A stretch of DNA of 32,000 bases from Synechocystis sp. PCC 6803 substr. PCC-P. GTDB taxonomy: Bacteria; Cyanobacteriota; Cyanobacteriia; Cyanobacteriales; Microcystaceae. Both the position numbers and the translations under genes were made by a program. The stretch covers positions 3,150,001-3,182,000 of the forward strand of contig NC_017039.1 of NCBI RefSeq assembly GCF_000284455.1, written 5' to 3'. The notes under the pieces were generated by a model that was not told the DNA's origin, made no database searches, and saw only the letters and a list, made by a program, of their open reading frames with translations. Positions 28,208-32,000 of the stretch are shown piece after piece. How positions within the stretch are numbered: position 1 is the stretch's first letter; each line of letters begins with the position of its first letter.

Positions 28208-29242
28208 CTAGGCCTCCGGTGGAGGTGTTTTCCCCTTAGTTTTAGTCTTAGTAGTTTTGGTGGCCTTGGGCGTTTTCGTAGTTTTGGTCTTACCCGTGGA
28301 AGTCGTTGTTTTTGCTTTCGACTCCACTGGTAATTCCGGCTCTAGGGATGGCTCCGATTCAACTACCGCTTCTGTTGATCCATTGCTTGGTTCTTCTGTC
28401 AAAGAGGTCGCCCCAGAAGACAGTTGGCGATCGCCGTTGTCAGTATCAAGACCATCAAGCTTCTCTGCCAGCAATGGCTCAGTCTGTCCCTGGTCCAGAT
28501 CTAGGTTTTCTGGAGACTCTAGGGCATTCTCTTGCTTCTCCCCCTTATGGCCATACTCAGGCTTTTTCTCAGAACTATCGGGGTTAAAGGGAGTCTTTTT
28601 AACCCGACGGGGGGTTTGTTCAACCGGCTCGGCAATCTGTTCCACAAAACCAAAACAATTGCGTTGGGGAATCAAGCGAGCCAAAATCTGATAAAACTTC
28701 GGCCGCTCCTCCGAATCCTTGCGAAAACGGTAGGGGGGTTGATCGCTCCAAATTAAGGGCAAATGCTGATTGTTGGGGCGATTTTCATAGCTTTTCAGCT
28801 CATTGCGATAGACACTAAAAACAGGCCGGCGACATTGGGGAATAAATTGCCACACTCCCCGCAAAACAAAAATACCAGGATCGCTTTTCTCATGCTGTTC
28901 TGTGCCCATCCAGACCACTTTAAAGCTTAACCCTTCTCCTTTGGACTGGGGATAGCACTTGATCCAGGCTAACTTTCCTTCCAACGCCGCCGCCACCGCA
29001 ATGGCTCGCCTAGGCAAATATAAGGTAAAATTGGCATCCCGAATCTGTACGTAATATCGTTCTTCCCCTTTTTTTACCACCCCCCGCAACCAACCGATCG
29101 CCTGATAATAGTTTTTGGCAGTGGTATCTAGGGTAGTGTTAGCTGGGGCTTCGGGAATTAGATCATCTGCCGCGGCCACATTGGTTTCTAAAAGGTCAGT
29201 CTCGGGGGTCTTTTTGGGCGGCTTCGGGGGGGTGGGTTGCAT
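28208..29242 (-). CDS. Conserved hypothetical protein with Thr/Lys-rich low-complexity C-terminus
   Basis: Track ORF is 28208..29398. Internal start MQPTPPKPPKKTPETD (ATG at 29242) is more plausible. Folded middle (NYYQAIGWLRGVVKKGEERYYVQIRDANFTLYLPRRAI...) followed by TTTSTGKTKTTKTPKATKTTKTKTKGKTPPPEA tail. Confidence 0.7.
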   Translation of the reverse strand: MQPTPPKPPKKTPETDLLETNVAAADDLIPEAPANTTLDTTAKNYYQAIGWLRGVVKKGEERYYVQIRDANFTLYLPRRAIAVAAALEGKLAWIKCYPQSKGEGLSFKVVWMGTEQHEKSDPGIFVLRGVWQFIPQCRRPVFSVYRNELKSYENRPNNQHLPLIWSDQPPYRFRKDSEERPKFYQILARLIPQRNCFGFVEQIAEPVEQTPRRVKKTPFNPDSSEKKPEYGHKGEKQENALESPENLDLDQGQTEPLLAEKLDGLDTDNGDRQLSSGATSLTEEPSNGSTEAVVESEPSLEPELPVESKAKTTTSTGKTKTTKTPKATKTTKTKTKGKTPPPEA

Positions 29243-29535
29243 AGTATTAACAATCTTGGACGCTCGGTAAACACTGAATCCAGTGTCTGAATTAGTATGA
29301 GTGACAATTACCTCCAAGGCAAGGGGAGGAGAAATGACAAAGCCAAGCAAAAATGCCCTTGTCACCAGAAAAACTAAAGGGTTCCGGCCACACGGCAAGA
29401 ACCCCTAGGTTGAACTAATTTAACTAACAATGAGAACAGGATTTAGCCCGATTTCCCACCAGAAATACGGGTAGCTCAAAAAAGTTTCACTAACCGAATC
29501 AAACTGGTGGAACGACGGCGAACAAAAACTAAGCC

Positions 29536-29841
29536 CTAGTAGCGGCTACCACCATAGCTTTTACGACCGCCACCAAAGGAACCACCGCCACTGCGATTTT
29601 CCCGGGGCTTGGCTTTGTTAACTTTAAGGTCACGACCCATCCATTCTGCACCGTCTAGGGCTTCAATGGCAGCCGTTTCTTCGGCGTCAGCTTCTAGCTC
29701 GACAAAACCGAAGCCCCGCATGCGACCAGTTTCCCGGTCGGTGGGGAGCTGAACCCGCTTTACGGAACCGTATTCAGCAAAAACCGCGGTTAAATCGGCT
29801 TCTGAAACGTCATAGGACAGGTTGCCTACATAAATTGACAT
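29536..29841 (-). CDS. rbp1: Glycine-rich RRM-type RNA-binding protein (Rbp family)
   Basis: Track ORF starts at 29946, but MSIYVGNLSYDVSEADLTAVFAEYGSVKRVQLPTDRETGRMRGFGFVEL (RNP1/RNP2 motifs) begins at ATG 29841 with GGAG upstream, giving 101 aa. Gly-rich tail ENRSGGGSFGGGRKSYGGSRY. Confidence 0.9.
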   Translation of the reverse strand: MSIYVGNLSYDVSEADLTAVFAEYGSVKRVQLPTDRETGRMRGFGFVELEADAEETAAIEALDGAEWMGRDLKVNKAKPRENRSGGGSFGGGRKSYGGSRY

Positions 29842-29890
29842 GGATTTTCTCCAAAAACTGAGGGATATGTAGAGGGTGATTTCGGAGAAA
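29839..29890 (-). promoter_or_regulatory. Candidate Shine-Dalgarno-sequestering hairpin in rbp1 5' UTR
   Basis: In RNA sense, TTTCTCC (29890-29884) can pair perfectly with GGAGAAA (29852-29846), which contains the SD directly upstream of the ATG at 29841. 31-nt loop. Confidence 0.4.
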
Positions 29891-30142
29891 TGCCTGTCAA
29901 TGGAAAAACGCGAAAAACCGTTAATACTAGAAACAAATGCTACCAACCGATCATTACTCTATGGGGGCATAGTAACACGTTCTCCCCTCGGCTGGGGATA
30001 TTAGGTCTTGAATTCCTGATATGGAACCACGAAAGTTCCTCCCCCAGAGTAACCAGAAAAGAATGGTACCATTGCTTAGACGGCTCGTGCCTATAGCTTA
30101 TACCAACCTTTACCTAACTCAAATTTTCGAGCTTAGCTTTCC

Positions 30143-30835
30143 ATGACCAACGCCGCCCTAGACGATAAAACCATCGTTCGTGACTATTTTAATTCCACCG
30201 GCTTTGACCGTTGGCGCCGGATCTATGGTGACGGCCAAGTCAATTTCGTGCAAAAAGACATCCGGGTGGGGCATCAACAAACCGTTGACTCGGTGGTGGC
30301 CTGGTTAGTGGCGGACGGAAATTTACCTGGCTTGTTAGTCTGTGATGCGGGATGTGGGGTAGGTAGTTTGAGCATTCCCCTGGCCCAAGCGGGGGCATTG
30401 GTCTATGGCAGTGATATTTCCGAAAAAATGGTGGGGGAAGCCCAACAAAAGGCCCAGGAAGTTTTGGCCTATGGCAATCAGCCCACGTTTATGACCCAGG
30501 ATTTAGCCCAGTTGGGGGGTAAATATGACACAGTTATTTGTCTGGATGTGTTGATTCACTATCCAACGGAGGAGGCGTCAGCGATGATTAGCCACTTGGC
30601 TTCCCTGGCTGATCGCCGTTTAATTTTGAGCTTTGCCCCCAAAACCCTGGGCTTGACGGTGTTGAAAAAAATTGGGGGACTGTTTCCCGGTCCCAGTAAG
30701 ACCACCAGGGCCTATCAACATAAAGAAGCAGACATTCGCAAAATTTTGGGAGATAACGGCTTTTCCATTGCCCGTACCGGCATGACCAGTACCCGTTTCT
30801 ACTATTCCCGTATTTTAGAGGCGGTGCGCTCTTAA
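30143..30835 (+). CDS. chlM: Magnesium-protoporphyrin IX methyltransferase
   Basis: 230-aa ORF with YFNSTGFDRWRRIYGDGQVNFVQKDIRVGHQQTVD, VCDAGCGVGSLSIPLAQAGALVYGSDISEKMV, VICLDVLIHYP. Confidence 0.92.
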   Translation: MTNAALDDKTIVRDYFNSTGFDRWRRIYGDGQVNFVQKDIRVGHQQTVDSVVAWLVADGNLPGLLVCDAGCGVGSLSIPLAQAGALVYGSDISEKMVGEAQQKAQEVLAYGNQPTFMTQDLAQLGGKYDTVICLDVLIHYPTEEASAMISHLASLADRRLILSFAPKTLGLTVLKKIGGLFPGPSKTTRAYQHKEADIRKILGDNGFSIARTGMTSTRFYYSRILEAVRS

Positions 30836-30841
30836 GTTCCC

Positions 30842-31624
30842 ATGGCCATTACCCCCACCCAATTGTTGGATTGGAAGCGTCAACAACGGCCTATTGTGGC
30901 CCTTACTGCCTGGGATACGGCGATCGCCTCGGTGTTGGATGCGGCGGGAGTGGAAATTATTCTGGTGGGGGATTCCCTCGGAATGGTGGCTTTGGGCTAC
31001 GAAACTACCCTACCGGTGAGCTTGGACACCATGATTCACCACACAGCGGCAGTTAAAAGGGGAGTACAAAGAGCCTTGGTGGTCTGTGACCTGCCCTTTT
31101 TGACCTATCAGGAAAGTCCAGCCCAGGCCATGGGGTCAGCGGGAAGGGTTTTGCAGGAAACCGGTGCCCAGGCAGTGAAATTAGAAGGGGGTCACCCCCG
31201 CATGGTGGAAACCGTAGCTCGACTAACGGAGGTGGGCATTCCGGTGATGGGTCATGTGGGCTTAACGCCCCAATCAGTCCATCAGTTGGGTTATCGGCAA
31301 CAGGGCCAGGACCCGGCCACAGCGGAGAAAATTCTTCATCAGGCGATCGCCTTGGCAGAGGCGGGAGTGTTTGCCATTGTTTTAGAACATATTCCTAGCG
31401 AACTAGCGGCTAGTATCACTGAGCAGTTGCCCATTCCCACCATTGGCATTGGGGCAGGGCCCCAGTGTGACGGCCAGGTTTTGGTGACGGCGGATTTACT
31501 CGGTTTGACAGTCAAACAACCGCCCTTTGCTCCGGCCTATCTGAATTTACGACATACCATTACGGAAACAGTGCATAAATTCAGTGGAGAAGTGCGACAA
31601 AGACAATTTCCCCGGCGGGGTTAG
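30842..31624 (+). CDS. panB: 3-methyl-2-oxobutanoate hydroxymethyltransferase
   Basis: 260-aa ORF with [59 protein letters not shown] and [18 protein letters not shown]. Confidence 0.93.
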
Positions 31625-31700
31625 GGAACAAACTAAAACTTTGCCAACAGGCTGCCCAGGCTCCAGCAATGACCATAACCGATTGACTGCCGAAAAATCT

Positions 31701-32000
31701 ATGACCAAAACTGCTGTTGTTTTACTATCCGGAGGGTTAGATTCCGCCACCGTAGCGGCGATCGCCAAAAGGGAAGGGTACCGAGTTATTGCCCTTTCCT
31801 TTAACTACGGTCAACGCCATGACCGGGAATTGCGAGCGGCGGCAGACATCGTCCAAGCTCTGGGGATCCCAGAACATTTCAGCATCAACCTAGACCTGGC
31901 CCAGTGGGGAGGCTCTTCCCTGACCGATCGCCAACAAACCTTGCCCCAGACAGGGGTAGAACCAGATATTATTCCTTCCACCTATGTGCCGGGGCGTAAC
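31701..32000 (+). CDS. queC: 7-cyano-7-deazaguanine synthase QueC (5' part; truncated by window edge)
   Basis: Open frame from ATG 31701 reads [47 protein letters not shown] (PP-loop SGGLDS, QueC/ExsB family), continuing past 32000. Confidence 0.88.

Noticed and set aside
31625-31700. Possible preQ1 riboswitch upstream of queC
   Set aside because: The 76-bp gap shows no recognisable preQ1-I/II pseudoknot pattern by eye; a covariance-model scan would be required.
1-32000. Novel defence, retron, phage or secretion-type cassette
   Set aside because: All substantial ORFs fall into housekeeping, photosynthetic, phototaxis or carbon-uptake families or are single conserved unknowns. No nuclease/RT/toxin motifs, integrase, transposase or array was seen.

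Overview
From protein content this window looks like ordinary chromosome of a Synechocystis sp. PCC 6803-type cyanobacterium. I infer this from gene families and gene order recalled from knowledge; no database search was run. Left to right: the end of a Pix/Tax phototaxis cluster (pixI, pixH and pixG on the minus strand); an M61-like peptidase with a PDZ domain; ilvE; gatC; a His-rich CbiX chelatase; a methylglyoxal synthase/lipid-kinase fusion; an aminotransferase; a VanY-like carboxypeptidase; crtH; an LdpA-like Fe-S protein; two conserved cyanobacterial genes (a small unknown and a BioD/DRTGG P-loop protein). Next comes an inorganic-carbon uptake region: cmpR (-), then cmpA, cmpB, an SLH/OprB porin, cmpC and cmpD (+), then ndhD4 and ndhF4 (-). 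The right end holds a conserved unknown with a low-complexity tail, rbp1 (RRM protein), chlM, panB and the 5' part of queC. I found no CRISPR array, tRNA/rRNA, transposase, prophage or defence cassette, and no convincing undescribed multi-gene system. The items most worth a second look are non-coding: a hairpin that could sequester the rbp1 Shine-Dalgarno, a long inverted repeat in the cmpR-cmpA intergenic region, a nested inverted repeat between pixG and the M61 peptidase gene, and a GC-rich palindromic repeat-like insert between the porin and cmpC. The MgsA/lipid-kinase fusion and the placement of the carbon uptake genes are also notable.
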